Source: Oikopleura dioica (taxonomy: Eukaryota > Animalia > Chordata). Taken from it: 64,000 nt of DNA. Under the pieces are notes generated by a model that did not search any database, was not told the origin of the DNA, and was given only the letters and a program-made list of their open reading frames with translations. Shown here in pieces: positions 13,475 through 24,974 of the stretch (positions are counted from its first letter, which is position 1; the number at the start of each line of letters is the position of its first letter). The stretch spans positions 5,332,001 to 5,396,000 of the forward strand of contig OU015566.1 in NCBI GenBank assembly GCA_907165135.1. The letters run 5' to 3'. The translations under genes and the position numbers were made by a program.

Positions 13475-14372
13475 CTCTGATCCGTAATTTTTGAGCTTGA
13501 CTCGCGAAACGCTCGATTTTAAACAGTCAGATCGGCATTTAATTAATATCAATGAATTAAGATTCAGTAGAGAAACGTTTCTAAACCGGCTTACGTATGG
13601 CCAAATTGAAAGTCAGAAGTGATTTTCATGACCTTCAAACAACATCAAATGATTTTTCGCGAAAGAAATTCAAAATGAACTTTATTTAACGGAAAATCAT
13701 TTCTATGCTTCAAAATCAACTCATAAACAGAGTTTTAAAAACTCTCAAAAAGCAACTTGAATCTCAAATACGGCGGTGACATTCAACAAGAACCGTGAAC
13801 GGAGACGAAACTGTCGGGCTGTCAGAAGAAGCAGCGACGACGATTCTCATAAGCGAGCTTTTTACCGTGTACCTCCAGAATACATTAGCTTTTTTCAACG
13901 AGCGACCACTCGCTATGGTTATCGAAGAGGAAGAGGCAAATGCAAAGATTGTGTATCAGGCGAGAGTTCAGGTAAATGTTGATATATGCGAATAATTTTC
14001 AATTCGTAAAAGTGACAGAAGAACAAATTGGATTCATATGATTTTTATTTATATAACATAATTTTATAAGTGTTTGGATTGTCATTGCATTGGCGTTCTC
14101 AATCAACAAGATGGAAAAGTATACCTTTTTCCAGAGGAAATTTTGACAACTCGAAGCATGCATACACAAAAACGGGATTTGAAAAGTGAGAAAACATGGA
14201 AGAAAAAAGTCAGCGAAAAAATGAGCCTCGCCAAGCATGGAAACGCAACCGATCCTCAACAATACACGTACCTAACACTTGGTTCTATGTTTTGGATCAC
14301 TGTTATGGTGATAGGTACATAGCTCTGATAATATTTAACTGTTTATTAATATGATAAGCGAATTTCGCATCT

Positions 14373-15823
14373 TTGCAAAATTCACGAGCGGTTACCACTT
14401 TTCTAACTTCGACATGTCATCGAAACTACAAGAAATGTGTTCAAACCGCGGAAATGGACTACTGTGGACATCTGATGAAGCAGTGTTATGAAACTAGAAC
14501 ATTCATTCTTCCTGAACCAATCTCAAAAGTTGAATTGAAAAAACAAGATCAAGTTTACTTCGATAAAGAAGACAACCAGGTGAATCTGATGCGTTGCAAG
14601 AAAAAACAGTTTTACGATCAAAAATCTTGCCGCCATTTTTGTTCTGAAACGATCGTTTTGACGACAACATGGACGAACCCGATTTCGCCCTGTGAGTCAA
14701 TTTGCTTTGAGCTCACTAAATCTTCTGAATCTGCAGGAGAAGTTTGTCCAGGTCAGAAATACTGTAAAAATGGCTGTCCTTGCCCTTTTTACGAGTGTGA
14801 GAAAACCGATTTGCGTCAAAAATTCATCCCTGTTTTCGATTTACAAAAACCTGAAACAGAGAATATAACAACACAGAAAATTAGGACTTCCAAAACAAAA
14901 GAATTTAAATCAATAACTGGTCGCTGGACGAAAAGAAAAATCAAAAAGCAAAACTTTCCAATTATTTTCTCTAATTTGAATGGAAAATTTGCTCAACAAG
15001 TGAATTATACGTTTGATTCCCTAGACCAATATGAAAGTTTTTACTGATAAGAAATGTTTGATTTAAGTTAAAGTATAGTTAATGAAAACGGCAAAGTCAA
15101 TTGGTGCTACTTTTCTCGATGGCGAGCATTATTTGGTCGATGCGACTGGAAACATGATAAAACTGAAAGAAAACGGCGCTTCTCCGATTTTCTTTCCAAA
15201 TAAAATCAATATCAGAGGAATGTAAGTTATGCAATTCACTCATTGCCCGCCTATTTGGGCAAAATTTTGTTCCCGATTAAAAAATTGTTAAAAATCATCT
15301 TTTTTTTACTCTTTAGTGGCTTTTTCGTATTCCACTTTGGTTCGTCGATCGGAACTCACCAAATTGAGATTCGCCTTAAAGACAAAAACAGGAAAATTTT
15401 CCCCGTTGTCATCATCTGAAAAGGTCAAAAAGATGAACACATACGAATAAATGTAAAAATATTTTTGAATGTTTTTGACTGAATTAAAGCTCTCCAACTG
15501 GAAGATTAGAAAAATGCTTTTATTACGCTCCGGATTATAGTTTAGACCGCTTTGAAGAAGCTCAGGGTTATATTGCTAGCAACCATTTCAACGCGAAATT
15601 ATCTTCCGTCAGTTTCAAGGGAGTGTTTTATCTGATGAGCGTCAAGATTGGTGACCACTACATCAAACTCTCAACAACTCTTGCCTTGAATAGGATTCGA
15701 AAAAGTGAAGAACTGGAGAAAGGGTGGAGAAAAGGCGGAATCGATTTGCCGCAAGAATACAGAGACTTGGATCCCGTCCATATCATTCCTATGAAAAGAG
15801 TCAAATATTGCTTTTCAAAATAA
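14373..15823 (+). CDS. Lineage-specific Cys-rich / beta-propeller-like protein (family member 1); N-terminus uncertain
   Basis: CPGQKYCKNGCPCPFYEC motif resembles CPCGENCQEGCFNCENHIC in the 59-62 kb paralogs; later exons end ...PVHIIPMKRVKYCFSK*, similar to the paralog ends P-x-L...DYC*. Confidence 0.55.
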
Positions 15824-15942
15824 GACCCATAAGTTATGGGCCATAACAAGACTCTTTCGAATATTTTGAAGTCCCCAGTACGGACTCCCTACTTATTAAT
15901 CTATGAGCATTTTTAACTCAAAAAAAGATAGATGTCCGACGA

Positions 15943-18900
15943 TTGCTTTTAATTCTTGTGACAAGAAGTATTCCCCTCTCAAATACACTCTACACGGTAT
16001 TATTGGAAGTAGAAGGAAAGTTTTTAACTGTTGGCAGTGAATGGATAGGTTCTCTTGTCAAATATGACGAGCAGTCAATCTGTTATTCGAGACTATTAAA
16101 TGCCAATGATCCTTTTTTTACGAATCAAGGTGGAGTCATTAACGACGAATGCGAGTACTTTGTAAATGGATTCGTCAACGATGAGAAGATTTTCATTAAC
16201 AGCTATGTTTTTGACGCAATATTTGAAGTAACATTCAATTTTGCAAGGGATCAAAGATTGAAATCATATTTTTGTTTAAAAAATTCGCATTTTTTGATAA
16301 AAATCCATTTTGAAAGAAAAGATTGAGATCGAATTCGTCCAAAAGAAAGCAGAAAAGAAAATGCATGTAACAAGCAATCCATTCTTTGCATTTCACGACG
16401 ATGTCTTTCCAGCTTTTCCCAGAAATGCTGTCTCCCAACAACGGTTTCCTCCGCCTAACCCGTCTTTCAAGACAATTATTCCGGATAAATTCTTTTCTTC
16501 TTTGAAAGAATTAAATCATATTTGCACAGCGGAGCTCAAATTAAATGGAACAGAAACTTTCGAATTCGACATTGATTTTCAGCAGTACAACGACTCAGCT
16601 GTCAGAAACGAAATGAAAATTCTTGAGTACCAGTTATTTAATGGGAAGAAAGTCTTTACCTTTGGAATTGGTAAAAATGGTTCCTTATCAATAGACTCGG
16701 ATTTCTTCGATGAGCGCATTATTCTTAAGTCAAATGCCTCTGAATTAATACAATTAGGATCAAAGTTGCAATTTTTTGAGCAACAAGGTGAGTGAGCTGA
16801 GCTAGCTTAGTGAGCTTGGATGTCGCTCAGCTCAGACAATTATGACTCAGCTCAGCTCAATAATTTTTCAATACCTGCTAAGATCAACTCAACTACTTCA
16901 AGAAAGGCCAGCTTAGCTTAATTCAAAATATATAAGTAATAGGTCAGCTCAGCTCGGAGCAATTTCCACTCAGGTTATTTCAGCTCAGCCCAGCAAAACG
17001 TAACGTATTCTGCAACTCTCTTAAGGACTCGAGTTTGACTCAGATCATTCGCCTGAATCGTGTTTGGTTAAAATTTCTGAGGAAGAGTTTGAGCTTAATG
17101 AACATATTTGTTGAAAACATTTTTATGAAAACTCGTGAAGAACCGCAACGCAAATCATCAAGATAAACATAAGATTAAGATGACGGCAATAAAAAATATC
17201 GAAAACAAAAAAATCCGGATTTTCAAGGTTGATCGTCTAATAATGATTAAAAAGTTGATTTATTCCGAATCATTCCAAATAAATGTTTTACTGGGGGGGA
17301 TGCCGTGGTGGGGTGATTTTCAGCCGTATTCTCTTGTTTATGGATCAGTGAACAATAATATTCATTTTTATCCGCCAGACTTTTCAGAAGACACTATTGG
17401 TTACTTTATTTATGGTGCAAAGCACGCATTGATTAATGATTATCTCCATTTATTTGGAGGAAATCATGATTATTATTATGACAGAGTAATAATAATATCT
17501 TAAAATGAGACCTTATTTTGATTAGATTCATCGCTTAGACTCATGCGTTTTCAAGATGTTACCTGTTCGATTGTCAAATCAGTTCAAAAAAACTCATGCG
17601 GCTTTAACTATTGACGGAGGAAGTAAAGGTTTTGTAAAATATTTGAATTTATTTTTTAGAGGGTTTACTTTCTTCTGAATTCATTGATTGAATTGTCTTA
17701 TCTTCAAGATAAAAATATTATTTAAGCGTTAATTTGTTTCGACTTTTCGAGAAATACAAAATGCGAGATATTCGATGGGTTTAAATTAAAATCGACATTT
17801 TCAACAAGAGAAACACATGAGAGTGGTGGGTTAGGCTATTACAATGGTCGCCCAACTGCAATCGGAGCATACGAGAGGGTGTTCCCTTAAATATTTCAAT
17901 CATACCTAGGTAGTTCTTGAGAATCTTACAAAAAGATATCGATCAGATGTGGCCATTGCGGCGGTAAGGATGTCCTGGCCTTCGATTTAACCAAATTGGT
18001 TCTCATTATGAGAACCAGCCCTCGCTCGCTCGGTTTAAGATGGCTTCAGACCCAGATTTGTGGCTGCCGTAGCTACCAAAGCTGATCGGTATATAGACTA
18101 TAGCCAGCCATAATACCATAATAGTATATAACTCATTTTTCTTGTTTTTTATTATAGCGAAGTTATGTAGATATTTATGGGAATTTGCTCGGTTTTTTGC
18201 AAGAGGACAAACTGAAACATTGACTGAAAATGGCTGGGTATCATTACAAAGGCATCCAAGGTAAACATAAGGGGGGGTTCCTTATTTTATACTGAATAAT
18301 TGAGGTCAATTTATTATGGCTTCTCTGCAATTGGGCTACCTTCTGGACGTCTTCTGACTATTGGAGGCTACGATGGGTGGGAATATCAACGATTAAATGA
18401 AATTTGGCGATTGATGGACAATAAGTGGTCGTTACTAGACTACCTTGTAAAAGTAAATTTTCTCAAACCGTAAATTTTCAAATGTGATTCTAGGCGGGAA
18501 TAAATTGAAATAGACACCAAAAAATGGAGCTTTAAAATCGTATCTTGACCCGTAGTATACATTCCGTAGTAAATAAATTCCGGGGTCAAAATTTTAAAAT
18601 TCTGATTTTTGATTTTTCGAAAAAAGCTGGCGGGGGTTGTCTCTTCGAACAGTTCGGGATCCCGAATCATTCGGGGTTTCCCGAACCATTCGGGATTTCC
18701 CCGAACCATTCGGGATTTCCCGAACCATTCGGAATTTCCCCGAACCATTCGGGATTTTCCCGAACCATTCAGGATTTCCACGAACCATTCGGGATTTTCT
18801 CGAACCATTCGGGATTTCCCCGAACCATTCGGAATTTCCCCGAACCATTCGGGATTTCCCCGAACCATTCGGGATTTTCTCGAACCATTCGGGATTCTCC

Positions 18901-19737
18901 AAATGATTCGGGAGTTAACGGAACTTTTATCTAACAGAAGGGTCGAATTTTCGCATAATTAAATGAGATCAAAGGCCTACTGTAGACAATGAAGTCATTC
19001 TCATTAACAAAAATTTACAGAGCTTCAAATTCCGATGATTTTTAAAGTCAACGAGCTTGAATGCGCTTCACGCCTGTCTTGTAGGAAATTTTACGGGTGA
19101 TTTATTCATTCGTTATAAAAATATATTTTTGGCTCTTGAGCATCGATTGACTTCCGAACAGATCACTACTAAGTCGTTCTTCCCTTTTTACTTTACTTTA
19201 GGGACAGCAAAAATCAAAAAATTCCGAATCGTTCGAAGACAAAAACCTCCATTTTCTCTTCCAATGATTCGGGAAATCATTCGGAATCATTCGGGATCCC
19301 GAACTGTTCGAAGTTTCAACCGGGGGTGTTCTTTGAGTAGTTTAATCTTAATTTGTAATTTTGTTATATTTTTAAGGCTGTTCGATACTCAGCGGCAATT
19401 TTAAAAGGCGATTCTGTTATTGTTTTCCCTGGCTCAACTGATGAAATCCAAGCTTCTATACAACAAATTAAATTAGGGCAAGGTTAAAATTATCTTTGTT
19501 ATAAAAATTCTTTATCAAAAAGATATTCTTAAAATTAAATCTTTCTTGAATGCTTATCATGGAAATGATTGTTCATGCGTTATAACATTACAATATTTTG
19601 GTCATTTGGAACCTCAAAAAGATACAGAAGAAAATATTATTTCAAGTCACATTATTGCTCAGGTCAATTATCGAGATATCACCATTGAGGACCCAATTAT
19701 TTTTAGTTCTTCTGTTGATTTCTGTAGAACGAAATAA
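15943..19737 (+). CDS. Lineage-specific beta-propeller (Kelch-like) protein (family member 2), repeat-interrupted and possibly degenerate
   Basis: Exons read AKHALINDYLHLFGG, HAALTIDGG, ALICFDF...CEIFDG, GGLGYYNGRPTAIG, ETLTENGWVSL, GLPSGRLLTIGGYDG, and end PIIFSSSVDFCRTK*. These are collinear with the genes at 59020-62586. Linkage of the 15943-16795 segment to the propeller exons is uncertain. Confidence 0.6.
16761..17020. mobile_element. Degenerate relative of the hAT-type MITE at 6569
   Basis: AGCTCAGCT/AGCTTAGCT-rich block bounded by CAAAGTTGCA and TGCAACTCTC, resembling the CAGAGTTG TIR; flanks TTAGGA / TTAAGGA are only an imperfect TSD. Confidence 0.45.
18636..19320. repeat. Foldback-like element containing a ~20-bp minisatellite (about 12 copies, 18663-18915), inside an intron
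   Basis: Unit CCGAACCATTCGGGATTT(C/T)C in tandem with no spacers; left end CTTCGAACAGTTCGGGATCCCGAAT is mirrored in inverted orientation at ~19285-19313. Confidence 0.85.
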
Positions 19738-19965
19738 ATGAATTCGAGATAAAATTTCTTAAAAATCACCAATTTTGTTCAAAAATATGAGGTCTAATTC
19801 GAGCACTAAAAAAATGAGTTCAAAATGAACCCTTCAATATCAATTTTTTGCAAATTTGAAGGTTTGCCTGCAAAATTAATGATAGAAAATAAAGAAGAAT
19901 AATAATATATTTACGATTATAGGGCAGTTTAAATGTGAAAACAGTAAAATTTAAAGAAATAATTT

Positions 19966-21678
19966 TTATCCTCTGTATTGTCCGCTCATTCGATTTCCGT
20001 AGTTGGGCCGAGAGTTCGAACGTGATCCAGAGTTGCCAAAATTTCGGGAGCCAGAGCCAGAATTATACGATCGGGAATTGCCAGCATAAGCAGAATTGCG
20101 AGAATTATACATGGGCTTTCTCGAGGGATATCTGTTGTTCGACGAAGAAGAGCCGGAATACGACGATCGAGAAGGGGAATTTCTAGCATATGAAGGCTGT
20201 CTGTATTGCTTTCGCTGGGGAGCCTGAGACGGTTTGTTTTCTTGGGGGCAGGTGCATTCGGGCGAGTTTCCTCTAGATGAAGCTTCTTAGGGGTGAATAT
20301 TTATATTATGCTTATTTATAAATTTAAAGAAATTGTGAAGGAAAAATTGAACCCAGGCCTTGTGAGCTCGAATTTGGTCTTTTGTAGGAAGACCCAGTTA
20401 ATGACCCAGAGCTTCTTTGATTGCCATAAGATCCACGAGAATAACCTGATGACGATGATCTACCGCCTGATGAATAGGACGATCTTGATGATGATGAGGA
20501 GGAGGATTTCGTTCGCGAAGAGGATCCAGAAACTTTGGCCCACTGAGGGAAAGGGCCCATTTTCTCCGGAAAAAACATGTGATTCATCAACTCGTCAAAA
20601 CCCTTGAAAGTGCTGGCATTTGGCGGCCTATTTTGGGGATTCCACTGGCCAAAGTGTTTCTGAGCATCTGGTGAAAAAACAGGCGCAAATCCCATCGTCA
20701 AGGTATTATCATCTGACTTGCCATCTTTCGAAGCCCAGGAAGCAACTCCATACGTTTTCATTTTGCCACCCTCGCCCTTGCAGAAAATCGGCCCACCGGA
20801 GTCGCCCGCACCGACGATTGCCCTGTTGCTGTTTCTGAAGAGCAGACAGTTTTTGCCGGATCTCTTGTTGCAGTTCCAAATTGTTCGGAAGCCGGATGTT
20901 TTTGGACTCTCGGAGACGAAGGTCACTGTTCCTTCTTTGAGAACCTCTAGAAATGGGTTAAGAAAATGGTCGATAGAATAGGTACGTACCTGAAAATTGA
21001 CCTTTGACATCTGTTATGCCGTTGCCAATAATTGTGCATTTATTATTTGATCCGTTCTTAAAAGTTATTTTGGAGCAAAAAACTAATTGATCGAGCTTAC
21101 CAATAAATTTTCCTCGAATTCTTTCCAAGTAGCAAGCTCGGCCTTCGCAGCAGTTCTTCCAAGGGGAATCGGTTTCGCCAACTTGACGATTGCCCAGTCA
21201 TTGTCCCAAATCTTCTCGTCCCATTTGCTGTGCGAGCTGCCCGTGAGCTTCCTGCCGAGCAGTTTGACGCTTTTGATTCCGACCGTGTTGGTGCGTTTTT
21301 CGCTGCTTGAAAGGTGCTCCGCTCGCTTGTTCGTTCCAAAGGCGACGAGATCACTAGTTCGGGGTTTGCAGTGAGCAGCGGTTAGGATTGTTGTTTCGTC
21401 CAGAATCGATCCGCCGCTAGAAATTGAGTTGAAAAATTGTCGAACTCGTTGTTGTTCTCAAATATTTTTGATCATCCATGTTTTCGAGAAATTCAAAAGG
21501 GAAAAAATCCCTCTTTTTTTGTTTTTCTTTACCAGTAATGCTGATTAAACCGCAACATCGCGACATAAGAGGGATATTTGGTTGCACTGCGAACTTTCGT
21601 TCCTCCCCTGACTCTTCCTCGTTTCTTTCTCTTTGCATCAGCCGCAAGAAAAAGTAGAAAAACGCTCAACAATCTCAT
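19966..21678 (-). CDS. Secreted S1 serine protease with long Ser/Gly/Tyr/Arg/Asn-rich C-terminal tail (copy A)
   Basis: MRLLSVFLLFLAADA signal, KRKKRGR-VRGG, YCGGSIL, LTAAHC, DNDWAIV, GAGDSGGPIFC. The tail continues across an inferred phase-1 GC-AG intron (~20280-20355) into an exon ending NRMSGQYRG*. Confidence 0.85.
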
Positions 21679-21855
21679 TTTTTGTCTCTCTTTTCTGACG
21701 CTGGGGGACATTTTAGCGAGAGGACAACAGCTTTTCTAGAGATTTTTACGAGTTAAAATTGAAATTTCAAATTTGAATTTTCCGAAAAATATTTATTTTT
21801 GATAACAGGGCAGTTTAAATGTGAAAACAGTGAAATTCGCAGATAGCATGATTTC

Positions 21856-22982
21856 CTATCCTCCGGGTCTGTATCGACCACTGATTCGATTTTGATAGTT
21901 TGGCCTGGCGTTTGAGCTTGATGATCCAGAGTTGCCAGAATTTCGCGAACCGTAGGCAGATTTTGGAGGATTGTAGGGAGACGCTCGGTTCGTGTACCAA
22001 TTGGTATTCGAATACCAAAATTGGTATTCAAATACCAAAATTGGTATTCGAATACCAAATTTCCTCAAAAAGTCCAAATTTGATGTACCTAAAGAGACCC
22101 TATGCGCTCCGCGCCTATCTTGTAGGAACCTTTGGGAGTAGTTAAGTAATTTTTTGAAGGAAAAAATATGATCCGGTAAAAAAAATATGGCATTCGAATA
22201 CCAATTTTTGGTATTCGAATACCAAAAAATTTTGGTACACGAATCGAGCGTCCCCGGGATTGTAAGATGGTTTCCTCGGAGAATATTTTGAGTATTGATT
22301 CTGGTAGGATGAGCCAGAGGGAGAGTCAGAGTTATAAGATCGGGAATTGCCAGCGTAACCAGAATTGCGAAAATTATAAACTGGTTTTCTCGAGGGATAT
22401 CTGTTGTTCGATGAAGAAGGGCTGGAATACGGCGATCGAGAAGCGGGATTTCTGGCATATGAAGGGGGTGGCTTGTACTGAGGCTGACTGTATTGGCTTC
22501 TCTTGGGTGCCTGAAGAGGCTTGTTTCGTTGAGGGCAATAAGAGCATCGGGGCAATTTTCCACCGGTCGTGCCTTTTGTGGGTTTATATTTTTATGCTAT
22601 TCGAAAGAAGATTCATAAAAATTGAGCCCTGCCTTGCGAACGCGAATTTTGATTCTGGTAGGAAGATCCAGAGAAAGAACTTCTTCCACTTTGATAAGAA
22701 CCAGTTGAATAACCTGATGAGGAGCCTGAGGATGCAGAACCTTTGGCCCAGTCCAGCAGTTCTTTCTTGAAAAAATAATATTCCAGCATTTTGTCGAAGC
22801 CCTGGAAAGTGTTCACATTCGGCGGCCTGTTTTGAGGATTCCACTGGCCGAGATGTTTCTGCGCCTCTGGAGAGAAAACAGGAGCCCATGAATCTTTTTT
22901 GAAGGTCAATTGCCGGACCGTTCGTCGCCAAAGAGGCCACTCCAAACACTTTCATTTTGCCACCATCGCCTTTGCAGAACAT
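21856..22982 (-). pseudogene. Partial duplicate of protease A (C-terminal half only, no catalytic GDSGG), interrupted by a MITE
   Basis: FCKGDGGKMKVFGVAS...APVFSPEAQKHLGQWNPQNRPPN is collinear with copy A; same inferred GC-AG intron; same 3' flank AGGGCAGTTTAAATGTGAAAACAGT (19921 and ~21808). Upstream sequence is not protease-like. Confidence 0.65.
21976..22256. mobile_element. 281-bp MITE with 8-bp TSD (hAT-type) inserted in the last coding exon of protease copy B
   Basis: Inverted ends ACGCTCG(G/A)TTCGTGTACCAA; TSD GGATTGTA at 21968-21975 and 22257-22264; internal TTGGTATTCGAATACCAA repeats. Removing the element plus one TSD restores the frame KPSYNPPKSAYGSRN...RPGG*. Confidence 0.85.
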
Positions 22983-23312
22983 TTTTATTTATTTCATTGT
23001 CTACCTGCAGATCCGCCGGCTGTTTGGATGTACGGTTTTTTGGCTACGGTTAGCATATCCTATGATTGAATTGACTTTCCGACAAGCGGTGATTTTTTGG
23101 CGGCGCGGCGGGGCCTACAATTGTAAGCTCTGAAATTACCGGCTCAGAAGAGTTTTAGACGAATTCTGTTTAATAGCGGCAATCAGACTCACTTTCTTCC
23201 AAGTTACTAGTCTGCGCTCGCTCCTGCTGACCAACTACAGTGACTCTTAAATCTTGTAAAGAGAGGCTGAAGAGATTCGCACCTTGTCCAACAATTCAAA
23301 TAACGAGAGAAA

Positions 23313-24907
23313 ATGATTTTAACGATTTTCGTTTTTCTTTTTCGAGGTATTTTTATGATCGGAAAAATCCGGCAAGACGGTAACGAAATTTGAACTTTCA
23401 ATTTTAGCCGGGTCTTGTATCAAATGCGAGTGTTTGTCTAATACGTTTACGAGCGAGTCTTCCGGAAAAATAGGAAAGGTCATTTTCATTGGTGATAGCC
23501 TTAATTTCTTGTCGGAAAGTGACCGAAAAAAGTGATCAACACAACTCACAATTCCTGTCCTTACACCCCTGCCAGTAGTTCCGATGATCCTCACGACGAA
23601 AACAGAATCACTTCGTTTTTCGACGAAGAAACAAAAAAATATTTTTGCGAAGTCAATGACGGATTCTGCTTTGAAAAGTCGCATTGGAGGCCGATAAACA
23701 GAACCCTCGATGAAAATGGATATCCTTGCCACGAGAGAAACTGCTCTGTCCAGCTTTACTCCGTCAAGGGCTGCGCGAAGAGGGAGACAGAAAATGATGG
23801 ATACGAGCATATGTGCAGGTAGACAATGAGATTTATCAACATTAACGATTCTGCCAGCGGAAAATACGGCGAAGATTTAAAACGAAAAGACGGGTCTTTT
23901 CTCCTCAAACGCGATTTCGAAATGACCGGGATCGCCCATGTGCCCCTTGCTTCTTACTGCGACCCTATCTGCACCGGACTTGACTGGAACCAAGACAATA
24001 GTAAAATAAGAAATCATCAATGCTCGGAAGAACGAAATATTTGCTCCTTCTCGAGGATTTTCTGCTGCGAAGAGGATTTGTGCAACACGGAAGAAAGAAA
24101 ACGGGAACTTTATTTTGGAAAGACATTTCATCAGTGGCAAGGTAAATCAATAATTTTCTTTACATTTCATATAGATGGAACAACTGATATTCGTTGTGAT
24201 TTCATTTTACTATTAAGGGGGTAGAAACAGCTTTCTCGATTTTGGACTGTAGCTACATAAAAGAAAACATAAGATTTATTAATGTTAACGGAAATTCCTC
24301 ATAAATGTTCGTAGAAAAGGGGTTGAGGTTTACAAAACTGTGAATGAAATTTATTTAACTATTAAGTGACACGAGATATTCGTGTTTGAAAAGTGGCGAA
24401 AATCGAGAATTTCGGAGAGATGAGTTGCTTCTGAGCCCGTCTACTCAAAAATTTGATAACTAAAACTAATTTCGAGGAAGATTTTCCTAGATCTAAGATG
24501 TATCTATCTAAATCTGAAGAGAAAATTTAAAAATGTAACATTCTCTTGTCTGTAGCGCCGGTCAAAAATCGCCTTTTTCGGGAAAAAGCTGTTTCTACCC
24601 CCTTAATCTCTCATAAATCCAGTTAAAAAACCGAAAAGAATCATTTTTGAAGCATCAATTTCAGACCGAAGCTGAATAAATAAGGCTTGATAAAGATCGA
24701 ACCGCTGAATTTTTCAATCTTGATCCCTTATTATTTTACGGTTCGAGCCATTTCAATGGTTTGATTTTAATAATTATAGTTATTTCAGACGAGCTTGAAA
24801 ACTCGATGGTAAAAATGCGAAGAGAAGTGTTTCAAAAAATTTCTGCATCAAAAAGTTCAAAAATTTCATTCACGCTACTTTCCGTTCTTCTTCTTGCAAT
24901 AAAGTAA
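23313..24907 (+). CDS. Ly6/uPAR (three-finger, LU-domain)-like protein, probably GPI-anchored
   Basis: Hydrophobic leader MILTIFVFLFR, then CIKCEC; terminal LU motif FCCEEDLCN; last exon from ~24789 ends SKISFTLLSVLLLAIK*, a GPI-signal-like tail. Confidence 0.7.
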
Positions 24908-24974
24908 CAAATTATTACTCATAATTCTTGAAATACATTCTCGATCATTTATTTTAGTGAGATTGACAAACATG

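Noticed and set aside
18663-18915. CRISPR-like array of palindromic repeats
   Set aside because: Units are directly adjacent with no unique spacers, there are no cas genes, and the context is a eukaryotic intron. The overlapping ORFs (18440-18962) are repeat artefacts.
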